From positions 6,925 through 70,924 of the forward strand of contig CAZOUW010000003.1 in NCBI GenBank assembly GCA_964583075.1: a stretch of DNA of 64,000 nucleotides. The letters run 5' to 3'. The DNA comes from an uncultured Candidatus Saccharibacteria bacterium. GTDB lineage: Bacteria; Patescibacteriota; Saccharimonadia; Saccharimonadales; JAGQNJ01. Below are positions 10,412 to 22,262 of this stretch, in pieces. Every line of letters begins with the position of its first letter. The first letter of the stretch is position 1. The position numbers and the translations under genes are program-made. The notes beneath the pieces are model-generated. The model saw only the letters and a program-made list of their open reading frames with translations. It ran no database searches and was not told where the DNA came from.

Positions 10412-11032
10412 CTAGTCTACAGATCTGGAGCCTGATCTACGTCCTGTATTAACATATTTTGGTTTTGGAGATTTTTGGTGCCCTTTTGTCATAACGCGTC
10501 TTTGTATGTCATAACCATTTACATGCATGTTTGCCGGAAACGGCGGTAGATTATCGCGTGTCTTTACACGTGTACGTCTTGGTCTTGCTACTGACATATG
10601 AAAACTAATATCGGGATCAACTTTAACACCAAGCTCATCAACAATAATTTCTACAAGGTCCTCTCTGAGTCGAGTCATGAACGGAGTAGCACGTAAAGGT
10701 ACCCCTAGGTATCTGCCAAATTTCTCTAGCTCATCGCCTTCGGGATGTAGCACCATCTCTTGCAACGGCAGACCGCCCAGCAGCTTATTAATTGATTGTC
10801 CTGCTTTTTGAAGGGCAATTAGGTCTCGCTCACTGTGAATTGGTATCGCCGTTTCGTCAGAATATAAAAACGTTGCGTGTGCGGTCAGCGGGTCAATTGG
10901 CACACCGTAGTTTGGTGGTAAATTACCAAAAAACCTATCCATAGCCCGTGTCCGACCATTTATACTGAGCGCCGCACCCACACCTTGCGGAACCTCACCA
11001 ACGAACTCATCAGGTGGTGTTAGATCCCTCAT
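10412..11032 (-). CDS. Putative 2H phosphoesterase (LigT/2'-5' RNA ligase-like) with basic C-terminal tail
   Basis: Two H-x-T/S motifs (AHATFLY and SFHMSVA). Start moved to the Met at 11032 because the track start at 11149 overlaps the divergent gene at 11111. Confidence 0.5.
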   Translation of the reverse strand: MRDLTPPDEFVGEVPQGVGAALSINGRTRAMDRFFGNLPPNYGVPIDPLTAHATFLYSDETAIPIHSERDLIALQKAGQSINKLLGGLPLQEMVLHPEGDELEKFGRYLGVPLRATPFMTRLREDLVEIIVDELGVKVDPDISFHMSVARPRRTRVKTRDNLPPFPANMHVNGYDIQRRVMTKGHQKSPKPKYVNTGRRSGSRSVD

Positions 11033-11110
11033 TAAGCATAATTTTAATACATAAGCATGAGCAATACTGGTGTGTTTTAGGCTACAAAACAACTTCTTTG
11101 CTACACTAGT

Positions 11111-11581
11111 ATGTACATGACGCACAAACGAGAGGTTATTAAGAACCAACTCAAGAAAGAGATATCCCTGCCTCGAAAAATTGCAATTGATACAATCGGG
11201 ATCTTACTTATCATTGCAGCACTTTTATTTGGCTGGCTCCCCGGTCCTGGCGGTACACCATTGTTACTTGGTGGCCTTGGATTACTTGCCACTAATCATG
11301 AATGGGCAAGAAAACTATTACATACTTTAAAAGAAAAAGGCGTCCAGATAATGGACATGGTATTCCGGGATCATCCACTAATCGCTGCAGCATTTGATAT
11401 TTTAGCCGTAACCCTTTTGGTCTTAGCTGGTCTATTTTTTGGCCAGGCAACTGGTAACATTATGCGTGGCTTAGCCACCGCGTTATTATTTCTTGCTTTC
11501 GGACTTTTCCTGGGTAATCGCAAACGAATTTATTCTTTAAACAGATACGTCAACCGCATAATCAGGCGTTCCAAAACATAA
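11111..11581 (+). CDS. PGPGW-motif transmembrane protein
   Basis: WLPGPGGTPLLLGGLGLLA motif and four TM spans. Confidence 0.7.
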   Translation: MYMTHKREVIKNQLKKEISLPRKIAIDTIGILLIIAALLFGWLPGPGGTPLLLGGLGLLATNHEWARKLLHTLKEKGVQIMDMVFRDHPLIAAAFDILAVTLLVLAGLFFGQATGNIMRGLATALLFLAFGLFLGNRKRIYSLNRYVNRIIRRSKT

Positions 11582-11650
11582 GCGTAATATAATATTATTG
11601 ACTAATTAGCAATTAGGTGTAAAATGTATCTCCAAAGAGGAGTGGCATCT

Positions 11651-11818
11651 ATGTTAGAGTTCTTAGTTCTGGGCCAGATTCCTGGCACACAAATTCAAAT
11701 CACATTCGCGTGGTATTTATTTTTGGCACTTGGCATACTTTCATACACTTTACACAAAATTAAAAAACCGCGGATTAGTGCCAGTCAAACCACAAAACAA
11801 CTTAAGCTTTTTAATTAG
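11651..11818 (+). CDS. Hypothetical small membrane protein (55 aa)
   Basis: GAGGAG lies 8 nt upstream of the ATG at 11651; one TM (FAWYLFLALGILSYTL). A TTGACT-16-TAAAAT promoter-like element sits upstream. Confidence 0.35.
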   Translation: MLEFLVLGQIPGTQIQITFAWYLFLALGILSYTLHKIKKPRISASQTTKQLKLFN

Positions 11819-13244
11819 GCTCGGGCAATATACTCTCGGCATACAATTGAAGCTCCTCAAGTAAAAATTGCTTTTCTTTCGTGAGACCTGGCTGTTCAGC
11901 TAAGTCGCTCAGTCGTTTAAAAAATTTGTTTGCCCTACTATTTTCACCACCGCTATAAAACTTATCAGCTCGCAAGTTTTCCCACATTGTACGGTCATCA
12001 TTATTGATAAAAGCCGGGTAATTCCTGACGCGATACAACGGCAATAGAGCATTCAAGCGACTATCTTTAAATTTTAGATCCAAGTCTTGTAATTCTTGGC
12101 CATCAGCGCCCCTCACAACTTGCAACTTCGGCTTATCGGACGTTTCAAAAAACCCATCATAGAGTTGGGTGTCAACCAACTTTTCATCTGTAAGCCAAGT
12201 GGTTTGTTGCTGTTTATTCAATATATCCAATGCTTTCAATACATCCTCTGTGAAAGTTGAATTACTCTGTAACGATTTAAGGTGAGCATCAATTATTTGA
12301 TTGTCAATTTTAATTCGCTTTTTAGACTCATCATCAAGCACCGTCAGTGGCGCTATGGCGGGACAACGATTATACTGCAAAGTTTTTATAGGCAACCGTG
12401 GTTCATCATTATCTTTCTTCCACTTCCAAGCTTCGACTAGTTGTTCTGGGCTCTTACCAAACCAGTCCTCCGGATTATGACGTAAGTCATACACAAGTGC
12501 ACCCGTTTTTGGGTTATCGGTCAAGTAAACAGCAACTGTTGTTTTTTCAGTCTCATTTGCATATTTGCCACTAGAGTATACGAATGGGTTGCCTGTTTTA
12601 ACTAGTTTTTCGACCTCAGACTTACTGCGCATTTTCAGCAAATAATCAAATAACTTAGGTTGTTTACTACGTATAAGTTTAGCGAGCGCAATTGTTGCAT
12701 TTACGTCACTCAGTGCATCATGAGCATTTTCATGATCCAGTTTATTAATACTCGTCAGGAGCTCGAGCCTGTTAGTTGGCTTGCCGTCGGGGGCAAATGG
12801 CCACTTTATGCCTTCAGGACGCAGTGCCCGCGTCATACGTACCACGTCAAGCAAATCCCAGCGGCTTTTACCGTCTTGCCAATGCCATTCATACGGATCA
12901 TAGAAGTTGCGATAATGGAGGTAACGTACAAACTCATCATCGAACCGTACGGTGTTATAGCCAACAAAAATTGTACCCGGCATTGCCACTGTTTTATGAA
13001 ATGTCTTCAAGAACTCGGCCTCGGTAATGCCGTCTTGTTTAGTTTTTTGCGGGGTAATACCCGTTACGAGTATGGCATCAGGGTCTGGCAAAACATCATC
13101 AGTTAAGCTAATGAGTACATCGATTGGCTCACCAATTGGCTTAAGGCTCAAGTCAGTCCGTTGGCCAGCAAACTGCATAATCCGCTGCTCGCGCGGACTA
13201 ATGCCACTGGTTTCTAGATCATAAAAGAAGAATGTATTGATCAT
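11811..13244 (-). CDS. sbcB: Exodeoxyribonuclease I
   Basis: FFFYDLETSGISPREQRIMQFAG (DEDD exo I motif), HDALSDV (exo III motif), about 477 aa. Confidence 0.9.
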   Translation of the reverse strand: MINTFFFYDLETSGISPREQRIMQFAGQRTDLSLKPIGEPIDVLISLTDDVLPDPDAILVTGITPQKTKQDGITEAEFLKTFHKTVAMPGTIFVGYNTVRFDDEFVRYLHYRNFYDPYEWHWQDGKSRWDLLDVVRMTRALRPEGIKWPFAPDGKPTNRLELLTSINKLDHENAHDALSDVNATIALAKLIRSKQPKLFDYLLKMRSKSEVEKLVKTGNPFVYSSGKYANETEKTTVAVYLTDNPKTGALVYDLRHNPEDWFGKSPEQLVEAWKWKKDNDEPRLPIKTLQYNRCPAIAPLTVLDDESKKRIKIDNQIIDAHLKSLQSNSTFTEDVLKALDILNKQQQTTWLTDEKLVDTQLYDGFFETSDKPKLQVVRGADGQELQDLDLKFKDSRLNALLPLYRVRNYPAFINNDDRTMWENLRADKFYSGGENSRANKFFKRLSDLAEQPGLTKEKQFLLEELQLYAESILPEPN

Positions 13245-13266
13245 AAAGTAGTACTAGTGTACCACC

Positions 13267-14606
13267 TTACTGCTTTACTGCGAGTAACCAGTGTGATATG
13301 CCGGTATTAGGTGAGTCTGTCGTTATTGTCGCTAACCCTACCGGGTCAGTAATAGTACCTATTGTTGGATCTAGGTCTAAGTCTCCGTTGTCTGTAATGG
13401 TATAGGTGAGTTGTAGAGCATGTTGGTTGTTATAGGTTGTTTCGGTTATGGAAGCATTAGGGATGTTGAAGTAGGCATTGGTGGTGGGGTTGTACTTTCT
13501 TGGTACGACTTGGCTAGGAGTTTTGTCAGTTACAAAGGTGAGTGATACTTGGTTGTCTGTTTCTGCTGTTGTGAAGGTGAAGCCTACAAGGCCTGATGGG
13601 TAGTCGTAAGCTGGGTCAGTGACAGAAAGGCTTGACTCTTTGGATGCAGTGGTACTGACAAGGTTGGTGCCAGTAGGAGTGGTGAGGAGAACTGGTTGAG
13701 ATGATACGGGAGAGGTGAGCTCAGCTTGATTAGAACCTGATTCTTCTACTGGTGGGTTGATGACATGACCACCGAGGATGTCGTCTGTATTACCGTTTTG
13801 GTTGAAATCCTGACCGCCAAGTAATTCCGCCTCAGTAACTGTATCATCCTGTAAGTTGTTAGGGTTAGATGGATCTTCTGTATAAAGCTTAACCAGGCGA
13901 ATTGCATCGTAAAGAACTTGGGCTTGTCCTGGATCACTAAACATTCCCATAGAACCATTAGCATAACTACTATTAACCGCGAATGCCATCGGCTCAATTG
14001 TTATGACAGAGTCTGGAATGATAACGGACGTCAGATTATTACCGATGAACGCTATGCTACCAATACTAGTAATTGAGTTGCCAAGCGTTAGGCTGGTGAG
14101 TTGATTGCGATCAAAGGCCGCATCACTAATCTCGGTTACCGAATTAGGGATATTAACACTAGTAAGCTGGTTCATAACAAAAGCAGCACTCCCAATAGTT
14201 ATGACAGAGTTTGGAATAATTACGCTACTAAGTCCCTTTTCGGCAAAAGCTTGGTCCTCAATAGTAGTCACGCTAGTACCATTAATGGTACCTGGTATAT
14301 CTACGTCTCTTGGGCAGGCAGGATTTTGGTCATCATCCCCTCGTAATCATAGTAGTCAGTTATAGTGCCGCCATCAAACTCAAAGCAAGAATCTGGGGTA
14401 GCAGCACTTGCGATAACTGGTTTCGTTAATAACCAGGCTACACTTGGCAATAACAATATACCTGTTACAAAAAGCAACTTTAATTGATTGGTTATATACG
14501 ACGATATGTTGTGAAGCTTTTGGTGGGTTTTCATTTTTTCTCCGGTGTTTGTTTCTAATTTGTAAACGTTAGCGGTATTGTAACAGAGATCGCACAGATA
14601 AGGCAA
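13267..14606 (-). pseudogene. BspA-type leucine-rich-repeat surface protein with PNTG C-terminal module, split by a 1-nt frameshift
   Basis: ORF 14606-14301 (signal/TM, CFEFDGGTITDYYDYEG) and ORF 14271-13267 (IPGTINGTSVTTIEDQAF, LRR_5-like IPNSVT.IG..AF repeats) are in different frames. One extra C in the C4 run at 14337-14340 would give ...DYYDYEGDDDQNPACPRDVDIPGTINGTSV..., a protein of about 446 aa. Confidence 0.7.
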
Positions 14607-14626
14607 CTATGTGTTGTAATTTTGTA

Positions 14627-15931
<1,305 letters not shown>

Positions 15932-16115
15932 TCAGCTAAGCTGATCACAGCTAATTGCTTCTCGGCTATTTTTGACTCGTTCACTTTGCCGTACTCATTC
16001 GCCGTATCAATTATACGCCTTATTCCGTTCCGCAGTGACTCACCAAAACTAGCTCGAGTGAAGAACATGAAAAGGGCTTTTCTATATTATACCTTTTTTT
16101 GTTAGTTTTTTCAAA

Positions 16116-17303
16116 TTAGTAAATGAAGCGGTAATTACCAAATTCGCTTGGCGGAACAGTTCTGTAGGTAACTCTCCCCCAAGATGGGTAGTTCATGTCT
16201 GATACAAGAATCGAGCCATCATCATTTACAGCCTCTACGTAAGCAACGTGGCCAAGACCACCAAGATTAGCATGCCATAATACTGCGCCAGCACGCGGCG
16301 TTGGCCCTACAGCCATACCGGCAGCTTGCGCCCGACTATACCAGGATTTTGCATGCCCAAGATTGGTTGGCAAAGGCCTGCCAGACTGTGCACGTCTGTT
16401 GGCAGCATGCCATGTACAGTAACCATAGTCGTAACCGTTCGCCGCACCGTATACAGCTTGAAATCCTGCAGCGCTACCGAATGAAGAGGTCGGCTGACCA
16501 CCCCGAGAACCACCAGTAGGCGCTGGACGTCCATCCGGCATGACAACTTTTTCACCTGCAGCTGGCAGATTACCTGATTCAAGGTCATTAAAAGCAATGA
16601 ACCGGTCTTTGTCTACGCCAAAGCGTCCCACAAGACCATCAATTGTATCACCCGATTGTACCGTATAAACCAATCCGTTCACTGGGGATATGGTTAACTT
16701 TGTGCCGGCACGAACTGTGTCGCCAGTTAGGCTATTTGTCCACCGGATAGTATCGGATGTAACGCCAAACCTAGCTGCAATACTTGCAACCGTATCACCA
16801 TCTTGAACAACATAATACTGAATGTCTGCCCGCGACTTCAGACCAGTGGCTATAATTTGCGGTTGAGTAACGACGATATCATCTGCCGGCGTTACGGTCA
16901 GCTGATCATTCATGCTATCTGCAAGGTTAGCCACAGCAGTTTGTTCCGGCAAATTCGTAACACGCGCCACATTAAGTGCAATATCTGCAGACGAGAGCAT
17001 GTCGAGTGGATTGGCCGCCGCTTCAGACTTAGTAGCTAAAATTGCATTTGATACTGTTGTCCCAGTTGTGTTTGGCTTTTGTAGCACAAAAACAGCCACA
17101 ACCACCAACAAAATAACGTTGGCAGCAAGTAGCGAAAAACCAATCGTTTTCCGACGATTCTGCTTATTCAACAGCCGTTTAACGAGTGGCTGATTCTTGA
17201 TATCTGCTTGCAAGCTGTTTAGCCGCGCATTTACATCACGAGTCATTTCAGCTTGTTGTGTAGTACGAATACTTGATCTCCTGGATTGATATCCCGAGCG
17301 CAT
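16116..17303 (-). CDS. Membrane-anchored peptidoglycan hydrolase with two LysM domains and a C-terminal CHAP domain
   Basis: TM (IGFSLLAANVILLVVVAVFVL). LysM repeats (YVVQDGDTVASIAARFGV, YTVQSGDTIDGLVGRFGV). CHAP region (YGYCTWHAANRR...GHVAYVEAV). Confidence 0.85.
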   Translation of the reverse strand: MRSGYQSRRSSIRTTQQAEMTRDVNARLNSLQADIKNQPLVKRLLNKQNRRKTIGFSLLAANVILLVVVAVFVLQKPNTTGTTVSNAILATKSEAAANPLDMLSSADIALNVARVTNLPEQTAVANLADSMNDQLTVTPADDIVVTQPQIIATGLKSRADIQYYVVQDGDTVASIAARFGVTSDTIRWTNSLTGDTVRAGTKLTISPVNGLVYTVQSGDTIDGLVGRFGVDKDRFIAFNDLESGNLPAAGEKVVMPDGRPAPTGGSRGGQPTSSFGSAAGFQAVYGAANGYDYGYCTWHAANRRAQSGRPLPTNLGHAKSWYSRAQAAGMAVGPTPRAGAVLWHANLGGLGHVAYVEAVNDDGSILVSDMNYPSWGRVTYRTVPPSEFGNYRFIY

Positions 17304-17480
17304 CTCAGGGTTGTTACATAAACTTTCTCAAGGGCTCGACCACTTGATTTATTCTCAATAGTACCTGTTCTGCGGATAACTCCTAACTTTTATTGCATGC
17401 AAAATAGTAGGGTTATCGCCGGTAATTTTACCATTTTCGGTATGATGTACGCAACCTCTTTTTACCCCTGTTGACCCCTG

Positions 17481-18524
17481 TTATCGACAATGATCTTCTG
17501 CTGTGGCTACACCATACTGAGTTTTATTTGCCTCATGTTGTTCAAGTGTGTCGGCAAACCTGGTTACACAATCCTTTCCTGAAACAAAATAGAGATAGTC
17601 AGTTTCAGCTGGATTGGCAACCGCTTCCAGTGAACTCTGAGTCACGTTACTAATTGGACCCGGTGGTAAACCAGGAATACTGTATGTATCGTACTCTGCT
17701 GGTAAGTTGTCGGTCGCATTCGATTGCAGCATCATGCCAACTTTAAGACGCTTTAAAAATACCTGAGCTACTTGTTGACGTTCCTCGGGGCTAGATACCT
17801 CATTTTCAACAATTGATGCCAGGATGATTGCTTGATGTGTTGTGAGGCCTTGCTTATTAAAAGCTTGGCGTATTTCTGGTGTGAGGCGCTTCTGCATTTC
17901 ATCTAATGAGGCAGTGATTATTTGTTTAGCCGTGGTACCTGAGGTTCTTTCAAATGATTCTGGATATAAGTAACCTTCTAGGTTTGCTTCTGCTGGCTTA
18001 TCAACAAGAGCCGGATGGTTGGCGTAATTTGCAGAATTCAGTGCATCTTTGACGTCTGATTCCGAAAAGCCAGCGTTGGTAAGCATTTTTTCAACCTGAT
18101 CAATGCGAACACCAGGCAATATAGTCACCAGCTTACTGACAATTTTACCTTGCGTTAGAATCGATACTATCTCTGGTACACCGTAGCTTGGACTTAATTC
18201 ATATGTCCCTGCCTTTATATCCTCGGCTGCACCATTATTGCGGACATATTGTTCGAAAACCTGCTGATTCCGTATAAGTTCCTTTTGTTTTAGCAGCTTG
18301 CTAATCTGAGGTAGGGTCATACCGGGTTCAACTGTCACTTCAACGAGTGCCTGATTGCCGCTGACGGGATTTAAATTATTGTTGTAATAGTTGCGCGCAA
18401 TAATCACGCCACCGACTGCAAGCAGTAGCCCTACAATAAGGACGATAATGATCGATTTGAACCAGCGTTGCCTACGTTGTCGCCTTGGTGACATTTTATA
18501 ATTCCTCTTTAAGATAATCATCAA
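17481..18524 (-). CDS. mltG: Endolytic murein transglycosylase MltG (YceG-like)
   Basis: N-terminal TM, LysM-like YceG fold and ILASIVENEV catalytic-region motif. Confidence 0.9.
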   Translation of the reverse strand: MMIILKRNYKMSPRRQRRQRWFKSIIIVLIVGLLLAVGGVIIARNYYNNNLNPVSGNQALVEVTVEPGMTLPQISKLLKQKELIRNQQVFEQYVRNNGAAEDIKAGTYELSPSYGVPEIVSILTQGKIVSKLVTILPGVRIDQVEKMLTNAGFSESDVKDALNSANYANHPALVDKPAEANLEGYLYPESFERTSGTTAKQIITASLDEMQKRLTPEIRQAFNKQGLTTHQAIILASIVENEVSSPEERQQVAQVFLKRLKVGMMLQSNATDNLPAEYDTYSIPGLPPGPISNVTQSSLEAVANPAETDYLYFVSGKDCVTRFADTLEQHEANKTQYGVATAEDHCR

Positions 18525-18894
18525 GTATTAACATAGCAGCAACAGCATCAATATCCTCTTTAAGATAAGGCTTACCGGACTGTTTTAGCATTTCTTGGGC
18601 GTTCACTGAAGTAAGTGCTTCATCTTGAAAGATGATTTCGGTGTTGGGCTTTAACTGGCTGACAAAAAATTTAATGTAGTTAGTCTGCTGGGTGTCTTGA
18701 CCATCTAAACCACGAGGCAAGCCAATGACGAGCTTTTTCACATCGTATTCTTTGATTAGCTCGTTGAGTTTTTCGGCAAAAAGCTTGTCATTTGCAAGTG
18801 TTACGAGTGGCTCTGGGATCTTGGCAACTGTGCTAGCTCGGGCAATACCAATTTTCCGCTCGCCGATATCGAGCGCCAGAATTGTAGTGCTCAT
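18496..18894 (-). CDS. ruvX: Holliday-junction-resolvase-like nuclease RuvX/YqgF
   Basis: ILALDIGERKIGIA...LVIGLPRGLDGQDTQQ, 132 aa. Confidence 0.9.
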   Translation of the reverse strand: MSTTILALDIGERKIGIARASTVAKIPEPLVTLANDKLFAEKLNELIKEYDVKKLVIGLPRGLDGQDTQQTNYIKFFVSQLKPNTEIIFQDEALTSVNAQEMLKQSGKPYLKEDIDAVAAMLILDDYLKEEL

Positions 18895-18895
18895 G

Positions 18896-20560
18896 CTAGT
18901 TCTTGGCCTCTTCGTACGTAATCGTTATCTTCTCGGTCTTTTTTGGTACAACATTAACCCAAAACGGACTAAAATGTACCTCCGCGTCCTGCACTCCGTC
19001 AATCTGCTTGACCATCTCTTGGACTTCTCCGCTCTTCTTGCCAGCAACGTCTTTCTTGAGTTGATTCTCGTCAATTTTAGGACCCATAACAACTTGGGTT
19101 TGCATTGTCATTGTCACGGTACCGTCTTCTTTTCTATTGCCTATTCTGAATATGGCTTGATCAAGGCCATCATCCTGAATTTGCAAACTACGCTCCTCAA
19201 GCTCGCCCTTCACACTATGCTCAACTAACTGATGCAAGTCATCCTTTTTGACACCAGTCATAACGTACACTCTCTCAGCTGTCACGGTAACTTCTGTGGC
19301 CTCTTGATCAACAGCTGGGTTAACGGTCACCTTCTCTGATTTGGTTGCAAACGAGTCAGTAATTGCGTAATAGTCATTGTCTTCTAGCTGCTTTTTGAGT
19401 TGGTCTTTTACTTCTCCAGAATTATCAGTAAGTTTTTGTTTGGCGGTGTCTACGTCCTGCTGGCTAACCACCTTTGCCATTTTGGTCGTACCACCAGTAA
19501 AGGCAGCACTATTTGTAGCACTGACTGATGAAAAGCCTGCGACCGTAAAGCTCTTACCACCCTCTAAGTTGTATTGATCACCATTGGCCTGTGCAGTGAC
19601 GCTGGTATTTGCAGTAAATTTACAGCCACCGCTAAAACTTGGTGTTGTCAGGCTCACGGTACTCGCTGTAATAAATGTTAGTCCATTATTACTCACACCC
19701 GTTCCAGCTGGTACTGTTGGCGGCGACCCAGAAACTGACCCACACGGAATAGACAGTGCGACACTCCCAGTAGCTTTAGTGCCCAGATCTTTCTGACCAG
19801 TTGCAGGAGCCTTTTGAGTGTCAGTTTTATTTGACTCAACGTCTTTTGAAGGCACAATAGCCTTTTCAACATCAACCGTTTGTGCCGAGGATGAAGCGGT
19901 AAAATCAATCGTACTATTACTGGTTGAAGTCTCTGTTTTGATAACTATATTGGCTTTTGGAGCCACAAAAAATGCAAGATACGCCAACACCATCAAAGCC
20001 AGTACCGCCCCAAAGCCAATCAGAACTTTTTTTCTGAACGAATCAAAATTTGGAACTTTGTTTTTCTTATCTTTTTTTGGTTTAGCTACTTTTGACGCTT
20101 TTGACTGTTTTTTTGCAGCTTTTACCGTCGCTACTTTAGCAACGTCAGATTCAAAAACCGCATCAGTATCATCACCGGCCAGTTCACCAACTGTAGCCTC
20201 TGCATTAACGTCAGGCTCTTCATCCGCCTCTTCTGCTTCAAGTAGTTCATCATCTGGTTGTGGACCGTCCGGAGCGGCTGGAATTTCTGGTTTTGATTGT
20301 AGATTTTTTGCCACGTACACACCAACTGCACCGGCTAACGGCAACAACCCTTTTTCAGACGTAATAAGTACGGTTCGTTTGCCAGCCTCATCGGATGCTC
20401 GCTTTAAGAGTTTCATATTAACGATGCTCTGCAGAACAACCGCTCGTTTTGGCAAAACAAGCGCAACAATTTTGGACTTACTGTTACTTACCTTTTCGAC
20501 AATTGAAGTTATCTCATCATCAACATCAACATAAATTGTATCTTTGTGGGCTTCGCTCAT
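18896..20560 (-). CDS. Hypothetical single-pass membrane protein (cytoplasmic N-domain, acidic linker, TM, large Ser/Thr-rich outer domain)
   Basis: 554 aa; TM VLIGFGAVLALMVLAYLAFFVAP. Tightly packed between ftsA and ruvX. No catalytic motif recognised. Confidence 0.7.
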   Translation of the reverse strand: MSEAHKDTIYVDVDDEITSIVEKVSNSKSKIVALVLPKRAVVLQSIVNMKLLKRASDEAGKRTVLITSEKGLLPLAGAVGVYVAKNLQSKPEIPAAPDGPQPDDELLEAEEADEEPDVNAEATVGELAGDDTDAVFESDVAKVATVKAAKKQSKASKVAKPKKDKKNKVPNFDSFRKKVLIGFGAVLALMVLAYLAFFVAPKANIVIKTETSTSNSTIDFTASSSAQTVDVEKAIVPSKDVESNKTDTQKAPATGQKDLGTKATGSVALSIPCGSVSGSPPTVPAGTGVSNNGLTFITASTVSLTTPSFSGGCKFTANTSVTAQANGDQYNLEGGKSFTVAGFSSVSATNSAAFTGGTTKMAKVVSQQDVDTAKQKLTDNSGEVKDQLKKQLEDNDYYAITDSFATKSEKVTVNPAVDQEATEVTVTAERVYVMTGVKKDDLHQLVEHSVKGELEERSLQIQDDGLDQAIFRIGNRKEDGTVTMTMQTQVVMGPKIDENQLKKDVAGKKSGEVQEMVKQIDGVQDAEVHFSPFWVNVVPKKTEKITITYEEAKN

Positions 20561-20569
20561 GTTTAGTTA

Positions 20570-21904
20570 TTATACCTTAAGCATCCTATCAATTTTTGCC
20601 CTAATTGAGTCTTGGCCGTCAGTATTCTGTTGCAACGTATCAATACCAACACGAACGAGTCCCAACGCGGTAATAAAAGTATGGTCATTAACATTGCCTG
20701 TCGTATCTGTTATACCCACAACCTGATCAGGTTTTATGTGTTGAATGACTGGCTGCTTGGTGAAAGGTAAATCTTTATACCATTTTGTTTTACTAAGACG
20801 TGCCGGAATCATATCCAGCGATGAACCACCGCCACACAATAAGACTCTCTGCGGCAAATGGTCAATGTCATCAAATTCGCTAAGCGCCAATTCAACGCCA
20901 TGAGTCCATACACTAAGTGTCTTGATGAGTGCCTCTGTCACTTCCTTTGCCTTATCTCCAGTAGTTTCTTTGGTTTTGAGACCGGTTTTAAGTTCTTCGG
21001 CCTTGTCAAATTCGACACCGAGATCACGTTCAACCGCCCTCGTATAAGCCCGGCCACCTATGCCAAACATCTTCGTACCCTGTACGCCACCGTCATTAAT
21101 AACTGCGATATCAGTGGTACCTCCGCCAACGTCCATGAGGATTGCGCTCATATTAGAGCCCGTATTATCACCAATAACTGAGCGCGCAACCGCAAATGGC
21201 TCAGCCGCTACCGCCAGTAAGTCAAGATCAAGTTCTTGAGCAGTTCGCTCCAGAGCACCAATATGAACAAGTGGTGCAAACGCCGTATACAGCTGAACAA
21301 CTACGTCTCTACCCTGAAAACCAACCGGATTTGTTACCTTGTAGCCATCAATCTCAATACTTACCAACGCACTATTAACCAAGCGAATATCTACGTGTTT
21401 GCCACCCATTTCCCACGCTAAACTATCACGAGCCTTTTGTTCCGCTCTTTCTTGAACTTTGCCGACAATCTTCCCAACTTCTTCTAGGGTTAGCTCACGA
21501 CTTGGGTCTTTACGACGATACCTCACAGTTGTTGTTGTGCCCTTCACCAGTTCACCAGCAATCCCAATTACAACTGTCCTGGCACTTAAACCAGCCTGCT
21601 GCTCAGCTTGAGCAAGCGCAGTGTCACAGTTAGCAACAACAGCGGCAATATCAGCAATAGCGCCCGCCTGCATATCACCCAAGTTTTGATGAGCGCGACC
21701 CATACCAATAATCTCTGCTTGGTTACCTTCAACTTTAGCAATCAGCGCCTTAACGTACTCCGTACCGATATCAAGACCAACAACATAACGTTCTGACTTG
21801 TGTTTTGGAACACTCTTGCCAGAAGATGGTAATTTTGGCACTTTTATCTTCTTGAATTTATCAAGCATAACTTCTTTAAGTATACCATCCTGTGATGCCC
21901 TCAA
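20570..21904 (-). CDS. ftsA: Actin-like cell-division ATPase FtsA
   Basis: VVGLDIGTEYVKALI phosphate-1 motif, LMDVGGGTTDIAV phosphate-2 motif, LCGGGSSL adenosine motif. Confidence 0.75.
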   Translation of the reverse strand: MRASQDGILKEVMLDKFKKIKVPKLPSSGKSVPKHKSERYVVGLDIGTEYVKALIAKVEGNQAEIIGMGRAHQNLGDMQAGAIADIAAVVANCDTALAQAEQQAGLSARTVVIGIAGELVKGTTTTVRYRRKDPSRELTLEEVGKIVGKVQERAEQKARDSLAWEMGGKHVDIRLVNSALVSIEIDGYKVTNPVGFQGRDVVVQLYTAFAPLVHIGALERTAQELDLDLLAVAAEPFAVARSVIGDNTGSNMSAILMDVGGGTTDIAVINDGGVQGTKMFGIGGRAYTRAVERDLGVEFDKAEELKTGLKTKETTGDKAKEVTEALIKTLSVWTHGVELALSEFDDIDHLPQRVLLCGGGSSLDMIPARLSKTKWYKDLPFTKQPVIQHIKPDQVVGITDTTGNVNDHTFITALGLVRVGIDTLQQNTDGQDSIRAKIDRMLKV

Positions 21905-21936
21905 AAATACTCTTACGGCAAAAACTCAGATTAATC

Positions 21937-22176
21937 TCAGTTATAACCACCTGATTCGATTACTTCACCAGATATAATCTTCTGCAGTCCCGCCAAATCA
22001 TTGTCATCAGTGAACTCGACTGCAAAATTACCAATACACGGAGCATCGGCAATAATACGAAATCCTTTTGCCTCAACAGCATCTTTAGCTTCTTGTATAA
22101 CGTGGTTCGTCTCAGGGTTTACGACTACTTCACATAAGCTATGGTCAGCGCCCATATATATCGTCCCGACAGTCAT
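21937..22176 (-). CDS. Hypothetical small protein (79 aa)
   Basis: ORF only; no motif recognised. Confidence 0.4.
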   Translation of the reverse strand: MTVGTIYMGADHSLCEVVVNPETNHVIQEAKDAVEAKGFRIIADAPCIGNFAVEFTDDNDLAGLQKIISGEVIESGGYN

Positions 22177-22262
22177 GCTTTGCTCCTTGTTTGTTAGGTT
22201 TTAGTTTGTAGTTTTTAGCTACTATTACCATTATAACGCTTAAGGCAAATGATAATGATGGT

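Noticed and set aside
17304-17480. Cyclic-di-AMP (ydaO-type) riboswitch upstream of the LysM-CHAP gene, plus the TTGCATGCAA palindrome at about 17391
   Set aside because: None of the conserved ydaO blocks (the ACGGGG and GGGGA/CCCA type) are present. The palindrome alone is insufficient, although it could be an operator.
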